The notes below the pieces were generated by a model, which ran no database searches, was not told the DNA's origin, and saw nothing but the letters and a program-made list of their open reading frames with translations. This document shows positions 39,950 through 52,567 of a stretch of DNA of 64,000 bases, piece by piece (within the stretch, counting starts at the first letter, position 1; every line of letters starts with the position of its first letter). The translations under genes were made by a program, and so were the position numbers. Source of the DNA: Camelus ferus (Eukaryota). The stretch lies in contig NC_045707.1 of NCBI RefSeq assembly GCF_009834535.1, positions 62,870,001 through 62,934,000 of the forward strand, given 5' to 3'.

Positions 39950-40333
39950 CAAAATTGGCTTCTGAATATATTCCAAATTGGGAGTTCCTAAAGAAGAAAG
40001 AGAGGCGGGAAGAGGGAAGAAGCCAGGAGACGCCTTCCAGACCTCACTGCTTCTGGTTGTTCTCTAGAAGTTCTTGTGTCTTCTTCAAGGAGTCCAGCTC
40101 CCACTAGGCAGTATTGGTTGTAGATTCAGTTTCTGCTCTTGAATTCTAGTGATAAACTTTGTTCCTCTGTCTCAAAAATTGTGATGGTTTCCTACTAGGA
40201 ATTGCTTGCTAATCTGAATTGACACATTATTTACTGTTAGGCTTTTAAGTTCTCTTAACATTTTAGGACTAAATTTCACCTATTCGGTTATCTGGTATGC
40301 ACTCTGTTTTCCTTTCTGAAACTTGAATGATAA
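39950..40333 (+). mobile_element. Degraded ERVL-class LTR (family unassigned), possibly the provirus 3' LTR
   Basis: 'gtgatggtttcctact...ttgctaatctgaattgacacatta' and terminal 'ctctgttttcctttctgaaacttgaatgata' resemble old ERVL LTR 3' ends; adjacent to the internal region. Confidence 0.5.
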
Positions 40334-41837
40334 AGATTTAGAAGTAGGAGAGCTCCCGTGTTCCTTAAGCAAAAAAAAAAAAATAACTTTTCAACTTTAT
40401 CCAGTGCCTTACAGTGCTGGCTTTCTCTTAATATAATCAGTACTTGGTTTCACATTTTTTAAATGGTCCTTTCGTGTTTGCTGGCTTGGTAGGGGATACT
40501 GAAGGGGCAGCAAAATGAGTGCTTGGAATCAGAAATCAAAACCTAACCTTAAACCCAGCCTTTAAAAGTGATGGTTATAAAGACTCTGCAATGACACAGG
40601 AAAAGTGCTTAAGACATAAAGCCCAGTGGGATTAAAAAAAAAAAAAAAGTTAAACATATAGTATAATTCCAAATTAAGAACTGGAATTACTTAAATAATA
40701 CTCTAAGTATAGAATAAAATTAAATGGAAATGTACCAAATGCCATAGTAGTGGAATTATGGATATTATTTGGTACTTTGATTGCTTTTCAATATTTTTTC
40801 TAGTGATCATATTACATTTATAAAATATTCATAACAATACATAGTTATAGAGGCGTTCAGCTTTTCAATATTTTCAGATACATAACATACCTATATTTTT
40901 ACGAGTATTTTTGCTCTGTTATTTTAGGTTTCTTATTAAATATCATAAGTGACAAGCATGTTTAAGTCACATTGGTTAAAAAATTTTATTTATAATATTT
41001 TATTTTCACATAATTTATATAAATTCTATTCAAATAGTTAAAATATCAGTAAACTTGTGTTATTGATAGCATGATTATTAGGGTTTTATTTCAGTGATAG
41101 TAACTAATTACACCTATTGCCTTCTGAAATCTTCTTAAGCCTGCAGAATTTCAGCTACAGACACTGTAAGTTACAAAAAAAATCAAAATTTCACAGTTAT
41201 GTTTTGATAAAAGATCCAAATTTATAGCTAAGAATCTAGAATAGGTTCTATAAAGAGAATATCTTTTATTAGACAAAATTTAAAAACAGATCTGTAGCTC
41301 AGTAATGATCTTTTTCCTTCAACTACCATTTGAGTACTTTAAAATTTCAGAACATAAAAATACAGAATATAATTTCCTTTGTTTCAAATAAATTCAACAT
41401 AAATTTCCAACTTCAGTTTGAGTTAATGTACTGTTAATTTGTGCAATTATAAATTGTTATTATGACATTTTCTGAATGTGTATTCACTGTATATTAAGGA
41501 CAGTGATTTATTTTGGGGCAGCATTTTTCCAAATACTTACAGAAAATTTAAAAAGCAGATTTTTTAAAAAAGTTAAATACCTACCAAGAAAATAAATAAT
41601 ATTATAACATATCCTAAATAAAGTGCCCTTCCAATACAAACTGCACCTCCTTCTACAGATGACATTCAGCCAAACTGAAATTCAAAATCTAGCTTAATGT
41701 TCAGAATAAATATTAATACAGCTATGAAATGATAAATGATAGAAACAACATGACCACATGTCGCTTGGTGGCATTTGGTAAGCTTCAGGATAAATAACCT
41801 AAGAGTCTTTACTTATAGTTCTTTTCCCCCACTTACA

Positions 41838-41838
<1 letters not shown>

Positions 41839-41869
<31 letters not shown>
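41839..41869. repeat. (AC)15 microsatellite
   Basis: Perfect AC run seen directly. Confidence 0.95.
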
Positions 41870-41870
<1 letters not shown>

Positions 41871-43162
41871 CACAAACTCCACACGTGAACAAAGCCAAAA
41901 TAACTTCATTGTATTAATTGACAAAACTCACCATTTTAAAGTTGAAGTTAAATTCTACATTTTCTCCCTGAGAACTGCTTTTTCTGAAACTAGTTGAATT
42001 GAACAGTCTAAGATTTTGACTTTTTGAACACTTTTCTCAGCCCAGAGAATTTTATACATATCATATGTATATACAGCATATATATTGTAGTAGACACAAA
42101 TTGTTGGCAATCTACATTATTGAAGAAATAGAATGCTAAGATAAAGGCAATGACTATCCTTACTAGGCACAAAGTAATCATAGTTCCTAATACCTTGTCA
42201 TTTGTATGGATATTTCTTTTTGTTCTGTGTGCCTGCTTTTTACTTTGCATTTATTTTTTAGATTTTGGGGGGTATTAAAAATAATCAGTGTCTTAAACCT
42301 TGTATTATAGTCTGAGATGACTGCCTGGAGATTATCTATTGATAGTCTTTTTGCTGTGTTTGTAGCTAGTTGACTGTTGTCAAACATCATTCTCAGAAGA
42401 AACAAAATATGTTTCAGATTGAAAATATGTGCTCAGGGCCTCTGCTATTTATTGCTGAATAACAAACCCCTGCAAAATAGGAAATGTTGGTCAGAAATGT
42501 AGGTAAGGGCAGGAGAAGACAGCTTATCTCTGTTCCATGATGGCTAGGACCTAAGCAGAAAGAGCCACCCTCTTTCTACCATGTTGAGCTCATGATAAAG
42601 GAAAACAGTGAGAAAGGCGGTATCCGCACTCTGGGAAAGGCACGCTGTGGTTCATAAACCTGCTCGGACTTGCTCACGTGTCACCATCTAAGTCAAGTCA
42701 GCTGGCCGAATCCACCTTCAGCGGGGAGGGGAGGTATGCGTGGCCCCGCCAGAAACACCGCAGGTCACAGGGTAAAGGGCGAGAAGGCACAGTTACTCGA
42801 TCCCATATTAACATCGATATTAGACTCTACTTCATATTAACAGCAATATTTTTCAATCTCGCCAGATAATTCTTAAGATCATAGAGCTTTAGGGGCTACG
42901 GTTTAGGCTCAAACTCTAAACAAACTGAAAGAATCACACATTATGTTTTACAAAGCCTTTCTTCGAGCAACTCTATCTGCTGTCCAGACGACACCCATCG
43001 ATTCATGGGTGAGCCTCTGCCAACAAAAACAGTAACATACCAATTATAAGTCTTTCAGAATGGAAAATGATAACTGGTGTTGATTTCCACACTCACCTAT
43101 CAGATCAAACTGGCAATTACCAAACAGCTGTCTCAGAGCGCAACAGGTTTTCAGAGGGAGAA

Positions 43163-43166
<4 letters not shown>

Positions 43167-43201
<35 letters not shown>
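43167..43201. repeat. (TG)17 microsatellite
   Basis: Perfect TG run seen directly. Confidence 0.95.
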
Positions 43202-43203
<2 letters not shown>

Positions 43204-45369
43204 AAGCAAATATTTATTTGTGGCTACTTACTTCAATTGCAGCTACTTATTCCCAACTAGTGGTTGTTTCAACTGAAAGGCAGCGGAAGGGCTGTAGGAA
43301 TGAAGAGTGTCCGACTCCCTGGGAACGTGAGTCAGAATGAAAATGCACAGTATTCTTCACACTGAGTAGCGACAATCGAACGAAAGATGCTAATGACGAG
43401 GCTGTCCACAATATTGTCTGGTTATCCTTAACAAATCACATTAGGTCCCCTTTCTCTGTAGCAATCAGTCTCCTGGAGCAAACTACATGGCAAATTCTTC
43501 TGACAGAAGGCAATTCCTTTTCTTCATTTCCTCCTTAACTCTATAATGAAATTCTAATGAATACTAAAGGATTCTGTGAGTAGAACAATAATCATCTATT
43601 GTATTACTGATTGAAAAGAACTCGCTACATATTCAGGGAGATATAAAGGATCTGATTTTCAAACAAATAGTTTTGATAGGCAGATTGGGGGCAAATCTAA
43701 ATTATATTTAATTGTGCTACCGTGTGGTGTTCTTGTAACAGTTTTTCACATGTCAAGTTAATATCTTTAATATCTTTAAGAACTATTCTAATGTGTAGAG
43801 TCTATTTCCTGATTAGCTGCATCCATTTTAATACTATTTCTACACCTTAGCACTCTGGGAATAATGGCATAATGGTAGTCTAGGAAGTCAAAATATTGTC
43901 CTAAATAAAACCTTCAGGGATAATGCTCTGGAACATGTATGCTTAAAGGGAGGGAGTATCTCCTTAGCATTTATTTGATGGCCTTTCTAAGAATGAAAAT
44001 ATTTTAGTTTTCATGCACACAATTGCCTACAGGTTTAAAGACAGTTTTGCAAAGGAAGCCATACATATTATGAAAAATGTGCTGTTTCACGTATGTCTGT
44101 TTGTTACTACATCCCCAACATAATGAGTGACTTGCTGCAGCCAAGAGCTTGAGGCCCCTAACCTAAACACGTGTGCATATGTTTCGTCATGTGTGCTCAC
44201 TGTAACTTTACCATGTTAACGGAGAAAAAAATGAATGTATTCAAAAAAACTTGACCTCAAAGAGAAAACAAAAGTGATTTTTAAAATTCAGATTTCAAAA
44301 TAAATTCAGTTGAAAAAGTATTGCTACCAGGGACACAGCTAATAGTTCACTGGAAAATTTTGGCCTAATTGTATTCTATGTCTTTACAGTTCAGTAGCCA
44401 TAAAGTATAGTTTTCTTGAATTTCCACCTTTTGGGATGTTATTTTCATTTTTTTATTAGTTCCTTCTTTAATGCATCCAGTATGTCTGACTAAATATACG
44501 TTGATTGTTCCCTTAGTCTGGCTTGTAAAACAACATTTTTCCCCCAAACAATGACAGAATTTTACAACATTTGGTTGAAAACAAAATAGGACAAATGACT
44601 CAAAAACAACAAAAAAACTCTTTGAATCAGGCTACTTGTTGTTTCACATTTGTCAGTTTCTTTAAATTGCAAAATGAATGACAGATTGTATTTGAGTTTG
44701 ACTCTCACTATAGTTTATCAATAACTTTTTAGCTCGATTTTGTGATTAATCTACCATTGTGAAACCACAGATCATTCACTTAAAGTTTTAAATGGCAAGT
44801 CTGCGATTACCCTGATTTGACTCCACAATTGACAAATCCTTAGGTCAAATGATAAAATCAATATAGGAAAAAAAACCCGATATAACTTTCTTTTCAAAAC
44901 CATTTCGTCTAAGTTGGCTTATTAGGTTTGTATACTTATGTAGGACATAAGCATGATATACAGCAAGGAATACTGTAGTACCTGGGCTGAGTAAATAATG
45001 GTGTTCTATATAAATGTTAAGAATGAAGCCAAAATGACCCACCTCAAGTTGGTCTCGGATTCTGAAGGGATAAGACTCACTTTACAAGTACATGAATTCT
45101 CAGATACTCATCAAAGAAAAGATTAGTCATCAGTAAAGCATTTTTAAAGGTGTGGCCGAGAACCACAGCAGCAATGAAGTGTAATCAAGGTGATGAGGGA
45201 ACAGCCTCCTACAGTCAGCACTGGAATATGGCTGTGATTAAGAAAGGTGGAACCCAATCAGCTACATTAGAAACCGTCAAAAGAAAGGATCTCGAGTAAA
45301 ATACGTGAAAGGCTAATTTAGATACTTGAAAGTATAGATGACTTAATGAACAAAGTTTCGAGTCCAGCT

Positions 45370-45960
45370 AGTAACTTTTACAATTAAAATAATAGTGAGA
45401 TGTCATTCTTGCTCATCAAATTGTCAAAGTTAATGAATAGACTAATACCAACGTTTGCAAATGTTCAACAAGGAAATTAATCTCGTACATTTCTGGTGGA
45501 ATGTAAGTTTTCTGCCTCTTGTAGAATGTAGTTAGTAGAAGTGTATTTATAACGTTTAAATATATTTATAATATTTTGGTTAAATCCACTTTTAAGAAGT
45601 TTTTGTATGAGGAAGGTATCCTAAAAATGTATGATACTATATATGAAGTTTTTCATTGCCATTGTTAGTAATAAAAAGTTATAAATGAATATCAAAAACA
45701 GGAAACATTAAATATGTTCTATTTTCTGATATGTTGGATTATTAACAGTCTGTGTTTTTGGAGAACTTAATGACATTCTAAGTAAGGAAAACAGTGTATG
45801 AAAATGTGCACATATTATTCAAGTATGTTTTTTGTTATACATATCAATATGCAAGGAAGAAATCCTAGTAGGAAATACTAAAATGTTAAAGGTTATCTTT
45901 ATATTCTGAAATTACAGTTAATGTTTACTTACTATTAACATACACATAATGGTTAGGCAA
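45370..45960 (+). mobile_element. Old L1ME-type fragment
   Basis: 'caattaaaataatagtgagatgtcattcttgctcatcaaattgtcaaag', 'ctcgtacatttctggtggaatgtaa'. Confidence 0.65.
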
Positions 45961-46107
45961 TAAAGATTTACATCTGTGTAGAATTCTTTACAAACAGGTT
46001 TTCCAACTTTATGTAGCTCTCTGGGACGTGCTTTTTAAAGAAAATAACGAAGGTACTACAATTCAGTCATTTGTTGTAAGTAACTGTGGTTCATCTCCTT
46101 TTACTGC

Positions 46108-46602
46108 TCACACCAGTTGGTTTTTGCTGTGTAACAACCATCCCAAAACTTACTGGCTTCAAAGAGCAGCCACATATTAGCTCACTGTTCTGTGGGTCAG
46201 CAACTTGGGCTGAGCTCCAACGGGTAGCAGTCAGGCTGGTTTCACGGTGCACGCACGTGCAGCTGTGATCAGCTCACAGTTTAATTTGGAGAGTGGTTGT
46301 TCTAGGGTGGCATTCCTTACGTGTCTGATGACAGTGCTGGCAGTTAGTAGGTGACGGCTGTCAGCTCAGGGTGATAAGTGTTAACTGGAACACGTGTCTC
46401 CAGCAGGTTAGCCTGGGCTTAAACACATGGTGCAGTTGCAGGTTTCTGTGAAAAGCACTTTTTAAGTTTCTGCTTGCATCATAGTTGCGATCATCTTATT
46501 GGCCAAAACACATGGCCCTGCGTCAGCATGCAAAGCTAGTAAACAAGGAATTTAGGGAGGAATAAACAAAATTAGGGACCGTTACTGCTAAAATGTACCA
46601 TA
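46108..46602 (-). mobile_element. MLT1I/J-like MaLR solo LTR
   Basis: 'tttttgctgtgtaacaaccatcccaaaacttactggcttcaaa', 'ctgtgggtcagcaacttgggctgagctc', 'ttattggccaaaacacatggcc'. Confidence 0.8.
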
Positions 46603-47117
46603 CTTTCCAATTTTATTCCGTATATACCACACTTATCTAATATCCCATTGACAGACATTTAGATGGTTTCTGAGGCTTGTTGTTATGAACACCATTATTA
46701 GGAATACTTTTAAATATGTCCCCTGTTCATAGGTGCGAGAAGTTATTTTAGATATATAACTGGGAGAGAAACTGGTGCAGGAGTACGTGAATGGTCAGTT
46801 GTATAAAGTAATGCCATCTCTTTCCTATTAAGATTGTTCCAATTATACTGTTACTGGCATTGGAGGGGACAGAAAATTGAAACATTACCACCAACACCCA
46901 TTGTAATTAAAAAAAAAAAGATTATTTTGTCTTCAATATTGAAAAATAACAATTCAATTACAATGTAGCAAGTATAATTTTAGTTAAATAAGGAATAGGC
47001 TATGTGAAACAGAGAATATGAATGATAGTGTATATAATTGTTTTGTCGGTTATTATATATTCATTCACAGACCTCTGTTAAGTAACTTACAAGACACTGT
47101 GTTAAGGGATAAAGATG

Positions 47118-47148
<31 letters not shown>

Positions 47149-47177
47149 TTTAAAGGAGTGATCCTTGCCTTCAAGGA

Positions 47178-47647
47178 TATAACAGTTAATTTTATGTGTC
47201 AATTTGGCCATGGGGTGCCCAGATTGAGCATTATTTCTGGGTGTGTCTGTGAGGGTGTTTCCAGATGAAATTGGCAGTTGAAACTGTGATCTCAGTAAAG
47301 TAGGTTTCCCTCCCCCATGTGAAGTTGGCATCGTCCAATCCACTGAGGCCCCAGATAGAACAAAAAACAGAGGAAGGAAGAATTCACTTTTTTTGCTTCC
47401 TGCCAGCCTAGTTGAGTTGGAATATCTCATCTAACCATCTCCAGCCTTCAGAATGGGATTTTTCTAGACCCACTTTGTTTTATTCATGCTATTTCCACAA
47501 GGGGAAATTACATCACCTTTTCCTGGGTCTCCAGCTTGCAAGACAGCAGATAGTGGGTTCTTGGCCCCCACACTCGCATGAGCCAATTCCTCATAATAAA
47601 TCTTCATAATACTAGTTCTGTTTCTTTGGAGAACCCTGACTAATACA
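47178..47647 (+). mobile_element. MLT2 (ERVL) solo LTR with 5-bp TSD
   Basis: 'gttaattttatgtgtcaatttggcca...ttatttctgggtgtgtctgtgagggtgtttcc...gttctgtttctttggagaaccctgactaataca'; flanks aagga (47173-47177) / aaggg (47648-47652). Confidence 0.9.
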
Positions 47648-47689
47648 AAGGGCTTGTGGATTTAAGCATTTGGGAAAACTAAGCATTAA

Positions 47690-47945
47690 CAGCAACAGGT
47701 GACATTTGCAAAGAGCTTTCCATAAACCAGGTGTCACCCTAAGCACTTTCAAAATTAACTCACTTCATCTTCACAACAGTCCTATGAGACAGAGATTATT
47801 TTCATTCCCATTCTACAGATAAGGAAACTGAAGCAAAGGTCAAGTATTTTGTACAAGGTCTACAAGCTAGGCTGTGGTAGAATCAAGATTTAAACTCAGA
47901 CATGCTGGTTCCAGAAGCGATGCTTTTCATCTTCCCTCTGCTCTT
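47690..47945 (-). mobile_element. MIR SINE, near full length
   Basis: 'catcttcacaacagtcctatgagacag...cccattctacagataaggaaactgaagca...gatttaaactcagaca'. Confidence 0.8.
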
Positions 47946-48133
47946 AACTCTGTCGCGCATTCAAGACGGTGGTGAGAGCAATGATGGAGGTCAATACACC
48001 CCCTGGATCAACATACCAGAGAAGTTCATTTACTTCGATTTGGACCTTACCTCTTCAGTAAAATCTCGGATGTTTTATACTTTAGCTGCCAAAAAGCACA
48101 ACAAAAATATGATTATGCCAAAGAATTCTTTTA

Positions 48134-48280
48134 AATTTTTGTTTGGGAATTTTTTTGGCGGGGGGAGGTAATTATGTTTATTTATTATTTATTTATTTAT
48201 TTAATGGCGGTACTGGAAATTGAACCCAGTACCTCATGCATGCTAAGCACACATTCTACCACTGAGCCATACCCTCCCAC
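48134..48280 (-). mobile_element. Camelid SINE (vic-1-like) with TSD
   Basis: 'gggggaggtaattatgtttatttatt...ggtactggaaattgaacccagtacctcatgcatgctaagcacacattctaccactgagccataccctccc'; TSD ccaaagaattcttttt (48118) / ccaaagaactttcttt (48281). Confidence 0.92.
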
Positions 48281-48989
48281 CCAAAGAACTTTCTTTGGTT
48301 TTTAGTCCATCGTGAGTTGCCAAAGAACAAGTGTTTTCATATGTTAAATTAACTCTGGCTAATTTAAATGAGTCATTGTTTTTGTTTTCCTTTATTGGAC
48401 TCAAATATGGGATATATATATATATTCATGCACATCACAACACATGTTACAATTACTTGTAAATAATGTGTATTACATATTATAATATATATACATAAAC
48501 ACAAAACTATACACACACAACACATCTCCACACCCAGTGAAGATTTGTCATTTTCCCTTCTTCAACATCTATTTACCCTTTCTAACAGGAGTTTTATTAA
48601 TTTTGAAAATTACCCCTCTCAAGTAGAGTGGTCTTGGTGGAACAGTAAATTTGGATTCCAACCATGGGAGCCAAAGGAGGAACTGAAAGAGGTTACTTTT
48701 GGCCACTAAGGTACAGTCAAAGCAGAGTTGTGTGAACAACACCCCAAGTATAGCAAGACTCAAGCTCCATGGTGTCGCTGACAGGTATTTACAATCTGGG
48801 GAAAACATACCCTGTCACTATAGTAAAATATTCTTCATTTATTATAAAACATTTTATTAGGACCTTTTAATGGATGGGCACACAAATATTCTTTTATAAG
48901 AATTCCACTGATTAGATATATCCACTATTTTGGTGCTCATGGATAGCAAACTATAAATAATGTAAAGATTTAAGTACAGTATTATTTTA

Positions 48990-49620
48990 TTGCTAATCCG
49001 GAGCCTGTTCCTCTATTCACCAATCTCCATCCTTTCTTTTCTGAGTGCCAAGCTAAATTATATTTCCCAGTCTCTGATGTAGTTACGTGTAGTCACGTGG
49101 CTAGATTCCGGCCAATGAAATGAGGAGAAGCTAGGTTCTCCACACCCAGGACTAACTGATCGAATCTTCCATGCAGTCCTCCACCCTCTGTCCCCTTCCA
49201 TCGGCCTCTCTCTGTTGATTTCCGGAGTAACGTTAGAAGTCAGAGGGCAGGTTGACTGATCCCTCATCCGTTTGGATCCCTGTTGACAGCGTGGCCACTT
49301 AGACTTGCTCTTCCCTCTGCCTGGAAGCTCTTCCCAAGTCACCCGCACCTGTCACCACTACCGCAGCCAGGTTTCTGCTTAAACATCACTTCACCAGTAA
49401 GGCCTTCCCAGCACATCCTATTTAAAGTGGTAGCCATCCACGAGGGTACTCTGCCTCCCTCTCCTGATTCAATTTCCTCCTCTAACATTACTTTCTTGCA
49501 CACATTTTTTTTCATTATGTGTCTCTACCTACTTGAATAAGGGTAGAATTTTGTATTTTTTTAATGCTATGTACCCAGAACCAGAGTGCTATGACAAATA
49601 TTTGTTAAATGAATGTATGG
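48990..49620 (+). mobile_element. MLT1 LTR fragment (~48990-49285) fused to an L2 3' end (~49290-49620)
   Basis: 'tatttcccagtctct...gtcacgtggctagattccggccaatgaaatg' MLT1; 'ttccctctgcctggaagctcttccc...aaatatttgttaaatgaatg' L2. Confidence 0.7.
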
Positions 49621-50614
49621 TTATCAGATCTTGTACCTGAATATCAAAAGATTTCATATATATAGTAAAGAGACTCATGAAAAGAGAAATTTTCCTGTAT
49701 CAATATTTTAAGATCCAAATGATACATTTTTTAAAACAACATAAGTATGATGAAAGATAAGGAAAAAAATCCTGCCATTGAGAAGACAGAACGAGGATAT
49801 AAATGGGAAAAAAAAGAACTGGAGAAATGATGGGGGGTAATTACAAGGGAAGTTCAGAGAAAGGCTGGTTTAAACACTCCTTGTAAATTCTCTCTGTTTT
49901 GATTAGCTGGTGATTCTTGTTCTGTCACATGGATTACGGAGCTGGAAGAAAGGTGAAGGGGAAAAAAGAAATACCAGATGCTTAAATTATATAACGTAGT
50001 AAAAAGGTCAAAGAAATGCTGGTTGGTACTTAACTTCTTAGGGTAGATGACATATAAAAGGAACTAAAAGCTCAGAATCAGAAAGAAGAGGCTTTGCCAC
50101 GTAGGTGCCAAAGTCAAATGGGTGCCCAGAGGAGTAATAAAAATGCCCTTCTTTTAGAAAGAAAAAAATTCAGAAATAAAGCTTAATAATACAAATAGAA
50201 AACAGCCATCAGTGTGACTAAATGTCCACGGCGTGGGCCCGCTTCATCAGCTGTTGTGTGTCCCAATCCGCTACCGTGGTAAGTATCACCCAGCAGATTA
50301 GAGACCCGTGCAGCTGCCCTAGCTGACTTGAGATTAGTCATGCTAATGAGAGAAAGAAGCTTCTGGACAGATCCCAAGCTTCATTCATCTGCAGGTTCTG
50401 AATTTCTGAATCGAAACTTTATAAGGACTAAAAGAGTTTTTTAAAAGGATAAATACAGTTTTCACCATTAAAAAAAATTGCCTATTGCTCTTATGATGTA
50501 AATACAAAGAAATAACAAAAAGCTAGATCATAGCAGGTGGGAAGAGAAAAAGACAGGGAAACATATCTGAATATCTGTGCAACAACCACACATCCAACTT
50601 TTCCCATTTAATGC

Positions 50615-50970
50615 TTGTATCAAAAAATGTAAGCCAGCTTTACCAGTGTGACAAACAAAGCCACAGTCTCAGTGGCTCAAAGCTGTAAGTTTATTCTCAT
50701 GCTGTGGCTCTTAAGGGTTTGCTGAGATTTCCGCTCCGTGTGATCCTCATGATGGAACATCTACTAGAACATTGTCCGTAATCAAGGCAGAGAGAAACTG
50801 AAGGTTGTAAATCACACCAGGTAACACAGAACATTTCTGTCTATATTTATTGACCCAAGCAGACATATGGCCACGTCTAACTCGGAAAGAACGGAGGCAC
50901 GCAATCCAACCATGTACATAAGAAGAAAACCAGAAATTTTTGCTGGATAGAAAGAGCAAGCACTACAGTG
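50615..50970 (-). mobile_element. MLT1-family LTR fragment
   Basis: 'gtgacaaacaaagccacagtctcagtggctcaa', 'ttattgacccaagcagacatatggccacgtctaact'. Confidence 0.65.
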
Positions 50971-51149
50971 CTTGTAAAAACCCACCTGAGTAATGAAACC
51001 AAGCCTCAGAGGGGTTAAATAGCTGCTCAATGATGCTGGTTAGTGGAATAGCCAGTTTTGAAATCCAGGCATTTCTGACTCCAGGAAGGAAAGGGATGGG
51101 ACTTGGGAAATGGGTAGGATGAATGCTTGATTAACTCAATGTTACAAAC

Positions 51150-51320
51150 CCTTGGTACTGGAAGTCGTATTGTCTGTGGAACAGCAGCATCGTAATAAAT
51201 TCTCACCTGAAAATTACTAGAAATGCACAATTTCAGCCTCACCCCAGATCCGGAAGCAGAATCTGTCTTTTAACGAGCTCTTTGGGCAGCTCATCTGAAC
51301 TTAAGTTGTGGGAAGCCCTG
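51150..51320. mobile_element. MER5A-like hAT-Charlie element
   Basis: 'cacctgaaattactagaaatgcacaatttcagcctcaccccagatc...cagaatctgtcttttaac...aagttgtgggaagccctg'. Confidence 0.7.
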
Positions 51321-51439
51321 TCTCAAACTTCTTTGTCTTTGAACACATACTAAGTCTCACTGGAAATCATCCATGGCTGCCCCCTGCTCCAAGCCTACAC
51401 GTATCCATTTAGGAATTATAATACCTTCCCCCAAATTTA

Positions 51440-51463
51440 CCACCACCACCACCACCACCACCA
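51440..51463. repeat. (CCA)n microsatellite
   Basis: ccaccaccacc... seen directly; explains the poly-T and poly-W ORFs in the track. Confidence 0.9.
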
Positions 51464-52175
51464 GGTCATTTCTGGGACTCTGTACGACTGTGAAAAATAC
51501 ACCTGTCTTCCCTCAACTTGAATATACCTCTCTTTACTTTCCCCGCTGTTCTGTGATCTCCAGGCACAGTGACCTCTCTTTCCTGCTTCTGCTAGCCTCC
51601 AGGATAACAAATATATCCCATTATCGGTGCCACAGCTAAGGAAATGGGGGAAGAGTGGACCTCTTTGGAAATCTCGTTGCAACTGACCATCTGAGCCTCT
51701 AAGCAGCGCTACCTATGCCCGGAATCAAACACATTTGTATCCATACACAGCTTCCTCCTCGGTTCACCTGAACAACACTTTTCAAATGGCTTTCAGTCTA
51801 CTGACCAATGTCGGCAATGGTGAGTGGGATGGCATAACCTTCTCTCATCTCTGTTGTGGTCATAACTCTCTTTTATCTTCCAAAGAATATCAGCCCCTGC
51901 AAAGAACTATGCACACATGCCCACTTCAGCCAAAAAAAATGAAACTCTCATGCACACTGTTAATTCATGTAAATGACACAGGGGGTAGGGGGTACTTCAG
52001 CAGAAATTCTCCCTCACAATTAGCATATCATTTCTAGGCTACGGAATAGAAAATAATCATTCTGAATAAATCTGAAGGTCCTCTTATTTTGACAAGTGGT
52101 ATGGCTTCATACCACTTTCTGTGCAAATAATTATCATAGAGAATATTATCCTTGAGCGTCTTGGAATGTTCCTGT

Positions 52176-52567
52176 TGTTAAAAAGCAAGGCAACGGGCTC
52201 CAAGTGGAGTTGTTTATGTTAAGCCTCACATCACCAAACCAAGACTTAATTGCAGTTTCTGCTCTTCCAGAAATGGAATCGTACTCCTGTCCATCGGAAA
52301 TCGTTGGATCAGCGCTAGTTACGTTGTCTGCAGTGACAGACCCCTGCCATCTTCTAAAGGAAAGGAACTTTGTCATAATCAATCCACTTTTTCACCTGTA
52401 CAAATTCCTTGTTCTTGCTCTCTTCTGCCTATAAAAGTTTTTCATTTTGTGCAGCTCCTCAGAGTTCCCTTCTCTGCTAGGTTCAGTACTGTCTGATTGG
52501 AATTGATTTTTGCCCAAAAAAAACTCTTAAAAATTTTGATGTGACTTGTAAAGTTTATCTTTTAACA
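52176..52567 (+). mobile_element. Solo LTR, probably ERV1 class, 392 bp
   Basis: Inverted termini TGTTAAAA...TTTTAACA, TATA box 'cctataaaag' (~52428), decayed poly(A)-signal position ~52516, 4-bp flanks ctgt / ccat. Confidence 0.8.

Noticed and set aside
41805..41845. Splice signals beside the AC repeat (plus acceptor ttcttttcccccacttacag; minus donor GTAAGT)
   Set aside because: No partner site or exon-like sequence; such motifs are frequent by chance.
41839..43201. (AC)15 and (TG)17 as a functional inverted repeat
   Set aside because: Both are common microsatellites and the flanks are not complementary.
51373..51682. Overlapping ORFs with poly-Thr and poly-Trp
   Set aside because: Produced by the (CCA)n microsatellite.
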